From assembly GCA_963705375.1 (NCBI GenBank), contig OY970071.1, positions 960,001 to 992,000 of the forward strand: a stretch of 32,000 nucleotides of DNA. The letters are read 5' to 3'. Under the pieces are notes generated by a model that ran no database searches, was not told the origin of the DNA, and was given only the letters and a program-made list of their open reading frames with translations. The position numbers were made by a program, and so were the translations under genes. Shown here piece by piece: positions 15,335-23,009 of this stretch. The stretch is from Candidatus Saccharimonadota bacterium (GTDB taxonomy: Archaea > Micrarchaeota > Micrarchaeia > Micrarchaeales > Micrarchaeaceae). The stretch's first letter is position 1, and every line of letters starts with the position of its first letter.

Positions 15335-16912
15335 TTGGAATCTGCCACGTATGTCGAAACGCTAGACACGACGCTCAGGGACGGTGCTCAGTCCGTGGAT
15401 GTATCCTTCACTCCAAAAGACAAGATACATATCGCTCTGGCGTTAGATGAGCTCGGCGTTGACTATATCGAAGGCGGATGGCCCGGTTCCAATCCAAAAG
15501 ACAATCTGTTCTTCAATGAAATAAGGGAGTACAAACTGGCCAATTCCAAACTTACCGCGTTCGGAAGCACGCTGCATAAGGACAAAAAACCGTCTGAGGA
15601 CCAGAATCTCAATGCCATAGTTGATTCCGGAGTTGGAGTTGCTACTATTTTCGGCAAATCATGGCTGCTGCATGTGCACAATGTGCTCAAGGTCAGCAAG
15701 CAAGAGAACCTCGACCTTATATACGAATCAGTTGCCTACCTGCGGAAGCACGGCCTGAACGTGATATTCGATGCAGAGCACTTCTATCAGGGCTATCTAG
15801 ACGATAGGGATTATGCACTATCAGTTCTCAGGTCTGCGAAAGACGCAGGGAGCGACACTCTGGTGCTTGCTGACACTAACGGCGGCACTCTGCCTCCAGA
15901 GATATACCGCATCACGAAAGACGTTGTTACCTCGTTAAATTCCAAGATCGGCGTGCACATGCACAACGACACCGGCTGTGCAGTTGCAAACACAATAATG
16001 GGCGTCGAGGCCGGAGCGACGCACATACAAGGCACAATAAACGGCCTTGGGGAAAGGTCTGGCAACGCAGACATCGTCCAGATCGTACCGTCTTTAATGC
16101 TCAAACTCGGATACAAAGTCCTTAAACAGGATCATCTGCAGCGGCTCAAAACCACTTCTTCATTGCTGTATGAACTGAGCGGCATTGCTCCTGATCCTTT
16201 CCAGCCATTCGTGGGAAGCAACGCGTTCGCGCATAAGGGCGGAATCCATTCCGACGCGGTATTGAAGGACCCGCGCGCCTACGAACACATAAATCCTGAA
16301 CTGGTCGGGAATCTGAGAAGGATTGTCATATCTGAGCTTAGCGGCGCAAGCAGCCTCGTAGGTTATGCAAAAGAGCGGGGAATAGACGTCGACAAATCCG
16401 ACGCGCGAGTGAAGGAGGCTCTGAGTAAAATAAAGGAGCTCGAAAGAGCCGGCTACAGCTTTGACCTTGCTCCAGAGTCTGCGTTTTTGGTGCTGGCGCA
16501 GTATCTGGGCCTCTATAAGAACTGCATAAATATCGACTACTGGAAGGTCATCTCAGAAAACGACTCGAATGTTGCTATTGTCAAAACGAATGGGATGCTG
16601 GGTGTTGCAGAATCTTCAGGTCCTGTTAGTGCAATAGACAGGGCTCTCAGGAAAGCATTGCGCAAGGTCTATCCTACAGTGGACAAGGTCTCCTTGACAG
16701 ACTACAGGGTCGTGATCCCTGGCCAGGCAAATAGCACAGACAGCACAGTCCGGGTTGCCATAGAGATGTCCGATGGTCGGTCCAGATGGCGGACTATGGG
16801 CGTTTCAACGAACATAATAGAAGCGTCAGTAAAAGGCATGCTCGATGGGATGAACTATTATCTATGGAAGTCCAAGCCCTCGAGATCCGCGCACACGCAT
16901 GAAAAAGACTGA
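15335..16912 (+). CDS. cimA: Citramalate synthase / 2-isopropylmalate synthase family protein (CimA-like)
   Basis: Features are LDTTLRDGAQS, the DRE-TIM barrel motifs YIEGGWPGSNPKD and HMHNDTG, and a C-terminal LeuA-dimer-like regulatory domain. The start is TTG. CimA cannot be distinguished from LeuA by eye. Confidence 0.7.
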   Translation: MESATYVETLDTTLRDGAQSVDVSFTPKDKIHIALALDELGVDYIEGGWPGSNPKDNLFFNEIREYKLANSKLTAFGSTLHKDKKPSEDQNLNAIVDSGVGVATIFGKSWLLHVHNVLKVSKQENLDLIYESVAYLRKHGLNVIFDAEHFYQGYLDDRDYALSVLRSAKDAGSDTLVLADTNGGTLPPEIYRITKDVVTSLNSKIGVHMHNDTGCAVANTIMGVEAGATHIQGTINGLGERSGNADIVQIVPSLMLKLGYKVLKQDHLQRLKTTSSLLYELSGIAPDPFQPFVGSNAFAHKGGIHSDAVLKDPRAYEHINPELVGNLRRIVISELSGASSLVGYAKERGIDVDKSDARVKEALSKIKELERAGYSFDLAPESAFLVLAQYLGLYKNCINIDYWKVISENDSNVAIVKTNGMLGVAESSGPVSAIDRALRKALRKVYPTVDKVSLTDYRVVIPGQANSTDSTVRVAIEMSDGRSRWRTMGVSTNIIEASVKGMLDGMNYYLWKSKPSRSAHTHEKD

Positions 16913-16928
16913 GAAGCACACATACGGC

Positions 16929-16997
16929 TCATTTTTGCCCCGCCACAATTCATGTCATGTATGCCTGGTTGCCTGGCTGCCCGAAAGCAGCCAAAAT
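16929..16997. terminator. Convergent termination zone (oligo-T tracts plus a hairpin)
   Basis: A T5 tract at 16932-16936 lies 20 nt after the cimA stop. A 7-bp hairpin TGGCTGC-N6-GCAGCCA spans 16974-16993. A T4 tract on the minus strand (16993-16996) lies after the minus-strand gene that ends at 17014. Confidence 0.3.
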
Positions 16998-17013
16998 GCA
17001 GAGGCAGACCCCG

Positions 17014-18180
17014 TTACAGGTTTGGCCTAGGCTTTATCTTGGCAAAGAGCCCGTAGAACAATGAAGACTTATTGCTATCGAACTTGCCAGAAATCAATTC
17101 TGATGGTGTTGGATATTCGATTGCCATGCTGGCGCGTACGCTCTTCTCCAGGTCCTCCGGTGTTACCTTTTCGCTTCTCTTCTTGAATATCAGCAGGTCT
17201 TCTGGTTTGAGCGTTGTGGTGCGCGTTTCAGGAACTGTGCTTCTTTGCGCGAAGCTGCGGGCTTTTTCAGCTTCTGCCGGCCGGTTCTGCTCGACGACTT
17301 GTTCCAGCATGCATGCCTGCTCTGGTAGTGCGCACTCTTTTATTCCGAGGGTGCCTGCCATGGCCATTCCCTGACATGGCTCTTGTGACAGGACGTCTGG
17401 AACGTCTATCTGGCTCTGCGAGCATGCCGGCCCTTCCTGTTCGAGCTGTCGGACCACCATCTGCTGCAGCGTTGTCTCTCCGTCCAGTATGCTGTTTTCT
17501 ACCATCTCGTTCGCAATCTTCATGCTGCGTTTTGTGGTGTATGAGACGCTTGCTGGCGCAGAAACGCAGTAGCTTGCGGGATCCGGCAACGGGAGCGCCA
17601 TGTCGTGGTGCAGCTTGTGCATCACGCTAAGCTGATAACTCCAGCGCGACGCGTCGTCCATTTCGTCAGTTTTTGTCTGATCATGCTTCTGCTTGGATCT
17701 GATGTGTCTCGCGTAGTTTATGCCGTTTGCTATCATGTTCGCGCCCTCCCTCGAGAATCCCTTTATCTCTCCCTCGCAGAGGTTGTCGAATACGCAAGAG
17801 TCAGGTGTTCCATTCTGCCTTATCTGCACAGAAGAGAACATCAGGCTGTGCACGACCCTGAACGACGCGATGCTGTCGTGGTCTATGAACGCTATGTCCG
17901 ATTTCATGCGCAGATACCTGCGGTTGATTATTATCGTCCTGTGGTCCGTGACCAGTACGATTGTAGGGTTCAGCAATGCTCCGTGGAGTCTGCGCTCCAT
18001 GGCGAACGCAAGCACGTTCTCTTCAGGCAATATCATAGAGGATATTGTGCTAGACTCGTTCTTTGACAGCTTCGGAGTCTTGCGCACAGCCATGTGGCGT
18101 GTATGGTACACTCTGCTCTCTATGTCAAAAGAGCTTTGCGGTCTTATTTGCAGTGCCGATTCTATATTTTGGTCTTTCAT
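17014..18180 (-). CDS. Hypothetical protein with an N-terminal bacterial-PH-like domain
   Basis: The segment LPEENVLAFAMERRLHGALLNPTIVLVTDHRTIIINRRYLRMKSDIAFIDHDSIASFRVVHSLMFSSVQIR resembles bPH/YdbT-type PH domains. The remainder is acidic, Gln-rich and low in complexity. ATG 18180 is preceded by GAGGTG (SD-like). The ORF-track start at 18186 is a GTG. Confidence 0.5.
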   Translation of the reverse strand: MKDQNIESALQIRPQSSFDIESRVYHTRHMAVRKTPKLSKNESSTISSMILPEENVLAFAMERRLHGALLNPTIVLVTDHRTIIINRRYLRMKSDIAFIDHDSIASFRVVHSLMFSSVQIRQNGTPDSCVFDNLCEGEIKGFSREGANMIANGINYARHIRSKQKHDQTKTDEMDDASRWSYQLSVMHKLHHDMALPLPDPASYCVSAPASVSYTTKRSMKIANEMVENSILDGETTLQQMVVRQLEQEGPACSQSQIDVPDVLSQEPCQGMAMAGTLGIKECALPEQACMLEQVVEQNRPAEAEKARSFAQRSTVPETRTTTLKPEDLLIFKKRSEKVTPEDLEKSVRASMAIEYPTPSELISGKFDSNKSSLFYGLFAKIKPRPNL

Positions 18181-18427
18181 CCCCACACCTCAAATGCCTG
18201 CATCTAGCGATTCTATGCCCCCGCTGCTATCGCTGAAGTGCAGTCATTGGTTGTTGTTCGAAAGTGAGTCCTGAAGATATATATAGATTTTCACTACCCT
18301 CGTCATTCGTAGATATCCGTAGTTAAAGCGGCTCCATGCAAAGATGCGGCGGGTATAACTGAGTTTAAATTCAAGATGTCTGCGTGGAATATTTTGCTAC
18401 GGCGCTACCTAAATTGGACGACCTACA

Positions 18428-19771
18428 TCATGGAAATAGCCGATCCATGTCCCTGAATACATAGGTCACTTCCCGCACGTTTTCTTGTTCTAGCATGACC
18501 ATTATGGCTCTCGACAGGCCGAAGCCGAAACCGCCGTGCGGCGGACACCCGTACTTGAAAAAGTTGAGGAAGAAGTTTATGTTGTCTTCCTTGAGGCCCT
18601 TCTCTTTTATCTGGCTGTCCAGAATCTCATACCTGTGCTCTCTCTGCGAACCGGTGGTCACTTCGAGCCCTTTCCATAATAGGTCGAAACCCATGGTCAC
18701 CGAAGGCTTGTCTTCCTTTCGCATATGATAGAACGGCTTTATTTTCCATGGGAATTCTGTGACAAACACAAACTCGTGGCCTAGCTCCTCCTTAATAATT
18801 TTTGCTATCGCCTTCTCTTCCGCAGGTGTCAGATCCTCATCATACGAGACTGCCATGCCTTCCTTGGCAATCCTTCTTTTTGCCTCTTCCATTGTAATCC
18901 GAGGAAACGGCGTCTTTGGAACTACGATATCGACGCCGAATGTCTCCTTTATCTGCTTTCCATACTTGCCTTTGACTCTGTTTAGCACGTGCGCAAGCCA
19001 TTCCTCTTCGAATTTCATCAAATCTTCTTGAGAGTTTATCCACGACATCTCGACGTCTACAGATGTAAACTCCGTATCGTGCCGTGTCGTGTGCGACGGG
19101 TTTGCCCTGAACACTGGCGCTATCTCGAATACCCTGTCGAACCCTGCTGCCATTGCCATCTGCTTGTAGAATTCCGGCGACTGCGCCAGGTATGCCTCTC
19201 TGTCGAAGTATAGGACCTGGAATAGCTCAGCACCGCTCTCGCTAGGTGCTCCGAGAAGTTTCGGAGAGTGTATCTCTATGAATCCGTGCCTTTCCCAGAA
19301 TTCGCGCATCGCGGCTTCCATCTCCGTCTGTATCTTGAATATGAGTATGTTGCGCTTCCTTCTCAAGTCCAAAAAGCGCCAGTCGAGCCGTGTGTCTAGC
19401 AGCGCTTTCGATTTATCTGCAACCGGTATTGGCAACGGCGTATGCGCGATCGATATCAGTTTCAAGTCTGTGGGAAGTATCTCGACTGAATTCGGCGCCT
19501 CTTTGCTCTCCTTGACAATACCCTTTACCGCGATTGCAGACTCGTCAGTCAGTAGCTTGATCTTAGATGTGAGTTTTGTGTTATCTGGTTTGTGTTTTAT
19601 CGTTATCTGTACCATACCTTCCCTATCTGCGAGCACGACAAATGTCAATTTTCCAAGGTCCCGTATCTCCCTTACAAAACCAGTAACTATTACTTCCTTG
19701 CCGTTGAGCGCAGGGACTATCTGGTTGGTATAATGTGTCCGCTTCCAATCTCCAAGTGACTCATACTGCAT
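18428..19771 (-). CDS. aspS: Aspartyl-tRNA synthetase, archaeal/eukaryal type
   Basis: It has an OB-fold N-terminus (RTHYTNQI...EVIVTGFVREIRDLGKLTFVVLADREG), class II motif 2 (FRANPSHTTRHDTEF) and motif 3 (GGFGFGLSRAIM). ATG 19771 (MQYES) is preferred because an A/T-rich TATA-like element sits immediately next to the longer start at 19822. Confidence 0.9.
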   Translation of the reverse strand: MQYESLGDWKRTHYTNQIVPALNGKEVIVTGFVREIRDLGKLTFVVLADREGMVQITIKHKPDNTKLTSKIKLLTDESAIAVKGIVKESKEAPNSVEILPTDLKLISIAHTPLPIPVADKSKALLDTRLDWRFLDLRRKRNILIFKIQTEMEAAMREFWERHGFIEIHSPKLLGAPSESGAELFQVLYFDREAYLAQSPEFYKQMAMAAGFDRVFEIAPVFRANPSHTTRHDTEFTSVDVEMSWINSQEDLMKFEEEWLAHVLNRVKGKYGKQIKETFGVDIVVPKTPFPRITMEEAKRRIAKEGMAVSYDEDLTPAEEKAIAKIIKEELGHEFVFVTEFPWKIKPFYHMRKEDKPSVTMGFDLLWKGLEVTTGSQREHRYEILDSQIKEKGLKEDNINFFLNFFKYGCPPHGGFGFGLSRAIMVMLEQENVREVTYVFRDMDRLFP

Positions 19772-19914
19772 GCAAAGATCATCAAAGTCCAGTGCTGGAC
19801 AATTCCTTACTTCTTCTCGCATAAGCTTATTATTGGTAATGTGCGATGTAATCGGACGCGTGCGACTGGATACAGGGCCTAGCGCGTTTTGGCATTGCGA
19901 CGCCCAAATCCTAA

Positions 19915-19923
19915 GATATTTAT
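19915..19923 (+). promoter_or_regulatory. TATA-box candidate for the small ORF at 19947 (leaderless geometry)
   Basis: GATATTTAT is centred 28 nt upstream of ATG 19947. Confidence 0.35.
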
Positions 19924-19946
19924 GCCGTACTTGTCATCTACCATAC

Positions 19947-20225
19947 ATGAGTAATGCTGTGCATAACAACAAACCAAACAAAGATAACGAACCCGCAGAA
20001 CCTCCAATGCCGCCCCAAATGCGCGATCTTCTTCTCAAATTACGTACTGTAAAACCTCCAGAATCATATTCCCATAGTGGTGGCATTTGCAGGAAAACGC
20101 AAAAACCTTATTTTGAAATAAGAGGAAACGTAAACACAATCGGACCGTTCTCCGGAAGGTATGGAAAAGTCACAAAATGCAGCGAATGCGGGCAGGAACT
20201 TGACTTTGACGGGTTCGTCGCATAA
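19947..20225 (+). CDS. Small hypothetical protein (92 aa), Pro-rich N-terminus and C-terminal CxxC
   Basis: It starts at an internal ATG of ORF 19770-20225; the upstream part of that ORF overlaps aspS and is implausible. The residues H..GGIC...KCSEC could form a zinc-ribbon-like site, but this is weak. I recognise no family. Confidence 0.4.
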   Translation: MSNAVHNNKPNKDNEPAEPPMPPQMRDLLLKLRTVKPPESYSHSGGICRKTQKPYFEIRGNVNTIGPFSGRYGKVTKCSECGQELDFDGFVA

Positions 20226-20310
20226 AACGCCATTTCTCTTGAGCATGAATCCAAGCTAATATGGCCCAACTACAAAACTTTCCATCAGTATTTCCTTTCA
20301 GTTAACCTGC

Positions 20311-20322
20311 ATATTATAAATA
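20311..20322 (+). promoter_or_regulatory. TATA-box candidate for the permease gene
   Basis: ATATTATAAATA is centred about 44 nt upstream of ATG 20360. Confidence 0.3.
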
Positions 20323-20359
20323 CGATGTACTATGGTTAGTTTACCATCAATGATTTTGA

Positions 20360-21571
20360 ATGAAAAAGCGTAATGCGAGTGCGTTCGACAAGGTGCTCGG
20401 TAGTCTGGGTGCGACATCGATCTCGATAGGCGGGATTATCGGCTCTGGCATATTTTTCATACTCGGGATAACCGCAGGCATAGCAGGCCCTGGCGTGCTG
20501 TTGTCTTTGGTGTTTGCAGGAATCATAGCGATACTAACTGCGCTGAGTTTCGCTTCTCTAGGATCAAAGGTAACCAAAGAGGGTGGCGAGTATCAGTTCA
20601 TCTATGCAGCATTCGGCCCTGATGTCGGATTTTTTGCAGGCCTTCTGTGGATATGCGCTACTGCGATAGCAGGAGTGACCGTTAGCATAGCGTTCGCAGG
20701 CTATTTCACGGTGCTGGTGCCTTCAGTACCTATGAATGTCGTAGCTGCAACCGCATGCCTGGTCTTCATGTTCATTGATGTGCTCGGGCTGCGCCTTTCA
20801 TCAAAAGTGGTCGATGCTTTTGTCGTTGTGAAGGTGAGCGTGCTGCTGCTGTTCATAGCGCTTGCGCTGCCTCACTATCAGGCATCGAATTTCAACAACA
20901 TACTATCCAAGGGTTATAGTGGCATACTGACCGCAGCATTCCTCATATTTTTTGCATATGCCGGATTTGGCAAGATAACCGCGGCTGCAGAGGAGGTGAA
21001 AGACGCTTCTAAGACCGTGCCGAAGGCGATACTGATTTCAATCACTATCGCAACGCTGATTTACCTCCTTACTACGCTCTCTGCCATTGGTGCTGTTGGC
21101 GCAACTAACCTCTCATCACCCAACTTCATAAACGCGCCGCTAGCGAGTGTCATGCTCTCTCTGGGTGCGAGATGGGGCTTTTTTGCAATACTGGCCGGCG
21201 CCCTCACCGCAACATCAAGCGTGCTCATAATACAGATGCTCGGGCTTTCGCGCACCATCTACGCAATGTCGATCAATAGGCAGCTTCCCGAATTCCTATC
21301 CAAGGTGCATCCACGGTTCAAGACTCCCTACAGGGCGGAAATACCTATAGGCGTGCTCATGGCTGTGATGGCGTTGTTCATTAAAACCAAATCCGTGATA
21401 GCGCTTACAGGATTCGGCATACTTTGCTACTATGCGATGATCAACCTTGCTGCATTGCGAATGAATAAGCAGAAAGGTGCATTTGAGGTTCCGCGCGCAG
21501 TCCCGATCTTGGGCTTTGTCTTGTGCCTGTTTCTTGTAGTTTATTTCCTCACCACTCTGGTAAGGTTCTGA
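20360..21571 (+). CDS. APC-superfamily amino acid permease
   Basis: It has about 11-12 TM helices. The N-terminal motif SIGGIIGSGIFFILG is typical of APC transporters. Confidence 0.85.
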   Translation: MKKRNASAFDKVLGSLGATSISIGGIIGSGIFFILGITAGIAGPGVLLSLVFAGIIAILTALSFASLGSKVTKEGGEYQFIYAAFGPDVGFFAGLLWICATAIAGVTVSIAFAGYFTVLVPSVPMNVVAATACLVFMFIDVLGLRLSSKVVDAFVVVKVSVLLLFIALALPHYQASNFNNILSKGYSGILTAAFLIFFAYAGFGKITAAAEEVKDASKTVPKAILISITIATLIYLLTTLSAIGAVGATNLSSPNFINAPLASVMLSLGARWGFFAILAGALTATSSVLIIQMLGLSRTIYAMSINRQLPEFLSKVHPRFKTPYRAEIPIGVLMAVMALFIKTKSVIALTGFGILCYYAMINLAALRMNKQKGAFEVPRAVPILGFVLCLFLVVYFLTTLVRF

Positions 21572-21760
21572 TTGCAAATGCACTCAAAATGCCTCGTAGG
21601 AATAGGGCTCAATATCCTTGAAGTGCCCGTAGGTAAAAGTTGTCATAGTCCCTGGAGGTATCGTTTGCTAAACGAAATAAGCCCCTGCTTAGAGCCTAAC
21701 CGTAAGTGATAAGGGATACACCTCGACATGGCTCGCTTCCTCTTAAAGACTTGAAAGAGG

Positions 21761-21770
21761 ATTAATATAT
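21761..21770 (+). promoter_or_regulatory. TATA-box candidate for ORF 21798
   Basis: ATTAATATAT is centred about 32 nt upstream of ATG 21798. Confidence 0.3.
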
Positions 21771-21797
21771 CAAAATGCATAAATATTACGTGAGAAT

Positions 21798-22568
21798 ATG
21801 GCAACAAGGGAACAACACGGCAATAAGGCCAACATAGATTATCTCACAACGCACAAAGTCGACCCGTATCACTTGATAATTCAGAAATTCAATGAAGGAA
21901 CAAAGGCCGTTTTTCTTGGTGAAATGCACTCCTCCTCTATCTCCAAATCCCAACAATTCTGTGCCGATTTGATACCAAAACTCAAAAAAGCAGGCGTCAG
22001 ATATTTGGCCTTGGAAATACCCACGTATATGCAAGAAAGTGTGGATGTTTATTCTGTTGGTGATAAGACGGAAGGATTTTTTGATATGTACGTGGGTATA
22101 ATAAATGCAGCAAAAACCAGTGGGATGGATATTATATGTTTTGATCCCAGGATCCCTATAGATGCCTGGCTCTCCGGTGCCCAAGAACCTCCAGGTGCAG
22201 ATAGGCGTATGGCACTTAATGTGGCCCTAAAATTGCCAGATAATCCAGATGCGAAGGTTTTGGTGTATGCTGGTGCAGCGCATGGCGAAAGAACTGCATC
22301 AAAAGGCTCGATGGTTTTTACGCTTGATAAATTTACCACATATGCGGGCAAGGTGTATAGTATGAAATTTATAGCCAAGGATGCCCCCTCTTCCATAAAG
22401 GACCTCGGAAAACTATGGGCTGTTTTTAAAGATGAAGCGCTTTCTAAGGGGGCTTTTGCAATAGATGGCATAAACAACGCCCCTTTTGCTAATTATAAGC
22501 TTCTCAATCTACGTGACGATAAGTCAACTGTCGGGTCTGCTTTTGACGGGCTTATTTTTATTCCATAA
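21798..22568 (+). CDS. Hypothetical protein, possible ChaN/Tiki/erythromycin-esterase-like superfamily member
   Basis: The motif series VFLGEMH...(26 aa)...YLALEIP...VLVYAGAAHG resembles the GExH / ALE / AGxxH pattern of ChaN-type (Cofac_haem_bdg) and Tiki-like proteins. The match is made from memory only. The gene is visibly more A/T-rich than its neighbours. Confidence 0.5.
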   Translation: MATREQHGNKANIDYLTTHKVDPYHLIIQKFNEGTKAVFLGEMHSSSISKSQQFCADLIPKLKKAGVRYLALEIPTYMQESVDVYSVGDKTEGFFDMYVGIINAAKTSGMDIICFDPRIPIDAWLSGAQEPPGADRRMALNVALKLPDNPDAKVLVYAGAAHGERTASKGSMVFTLDKFTTYAGKVYSMKFIAKDAPSSIKDLGKLWAVFKDEALSKGAFAIDGINNAPFANYKLLNLRDDKSTVGSAFDGLIFIP

Positions 22569-22592
22569 GGCCATTACTCGACTTTAGCATTT

Positions 22593-22681
22593 AGCCCCAG
22601 GAGGGAATTGAACCCACAACCTACTGCTTTATGGTCTGTTTCCGTTACCATGCAGTCGCTCTGCCACTGAGCTACTGGGGC
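22593..22681 (-). tRNA. tRNA-Thr (anticodon GGU) with a 17-nt intron at the canonical 37/38 position
   Basis: The minus strand reads GCCCCAG-TA-GCTC-AGTGGCA-GAGC-G-ACTGC-[AT GGT A | ACGGAAACAGACCATAA | A]-GCAGT-AGGTT-GTGGG-TTCAATT-CCCTC-CTGGGGC-T. The acceptor, D and anticodon stems all pair. The T-stem has one U-U mismatch. No CCA is encoded. Confidence 0.85.
22629..22645 (-). other. tRNA intron (bulge-helix-bulge-like)
   Basis: The intron segment ACCAT pairs with the anticodon-loop segment ATGGT. This leaves an AAA bulge before the 3' exon and an A-rich bulge at the 5' splice site. The exact cut sites are ambiguous by 1-2 nt because of repeated A residues. Confidence 0.7.
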
Positions 22682-22688
22682 ATTATCA

Positions 22689-22940
22689 TCATATGACCTT
22701 GTATACGTCACTACCTTCCTTGACCTGCTGCTCCGTCTTTATGCCTACAGAATCGCCGCTCGATGCCTTGTCTATGTTCACATGCTCTATCTGCATGTTC
22801 ATGACCTTCTGCTCGACGGCATTGTTGTCCTTCTCTATCGATATGATGTCTCCTACCGCAAGTTCCTCAACAAGCGTGACAACAAAGACGCTCGCCTCGC
22901 TGTAAAAGTGTTTGACTTTTCCAACAAGGATCTTCGGCAT
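22689..22940 (-). CDS. Small translation-factor domain II-like beta-barrel protein (83 aa)
   Basis: The sequence KVKHFYSEASVFVVTLVEELAVGDIISI...VMNMQIEHVNIDKASSGDSVGIK...VKEGSDVYKV follows the EF-Tu domain 2 pattern (VGD..., MQ.EH, A..GD.VGI, GD.VY). Only the C-terminal 83 codons of the 198-aa ORF are credible. Confidence 0.6.
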   Translation of the reverse strand: MPKILVGKVKHFYSEASVFVVTLVEELAVGDIISIEKDNNAVEQKVMNMQIEHVNIDKASSGDSVGIKTEQQVKEGSDVYKVI

Positions 22941-22968
22941 CAGATCTGTGCCTAATATAAGAACTAAC

Positions 22969-22976
22969 TTATATAG
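22969..22976. promoter_or_regulatory. Shared or bidirectional TATA candidate between divergent genes
   Basis: The near-palindromic TTATATAG lies about 32 nt from ATG 22940 (minus strand) and about 37 nt from ATG 23010 (plus strand), within a 69-nt divergent spacer. Confidence 0.3.
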
Positions 22977-23009
22977 TATTTGCTGTTTGCTAAGGTTATA
23001 GCACATACT

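Noticed and set aside
17072-18274. Four plus-strand ORFs of 100-184 aa.
   Set aside because: They are fragmented, overlap each other and are Arg/Cys/Leu-rich. The single 390-aa minus-strand ORF with a PH-like domain is the more parsimonious call, though it is only moderately supported.
18187-18427. C/D-box or H/ACA small RNA in the long spacer.
   Set aside because: CUGA tetramers occur (for example around 18232 and 18271). No RUGAUGA C box with proper spacing or terminal stem was found on either strand.
19770-19946. First 59 codons of the 151-aa plus-strand ORF.
   Set aside because: This part overlaps the aspS 5' end and its promoter region. A TATA-like element at 19915-19923 fits a start at ATG 19947.
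21738-21761. Hairpin TCCTCTT-N10-AAGAGGA upstream of ORF 21798.
   Set aside because: The stem is short, occurs only once and lies right next to the TATA candidate. There is no evidence of function.
21572-22681. Integrated mobile element at tRNA-Thr.
   Set aside because: I saw no integrase, no recognisable att direct repeat of the tRNA 3' half (only an imperfect CCCTGGAGG at about 21649-21659 against CCCCAGGAGGG in the tRNA) and only one cargo gene. It is kept as a compositional-anomaly finding and not called a mobile element.
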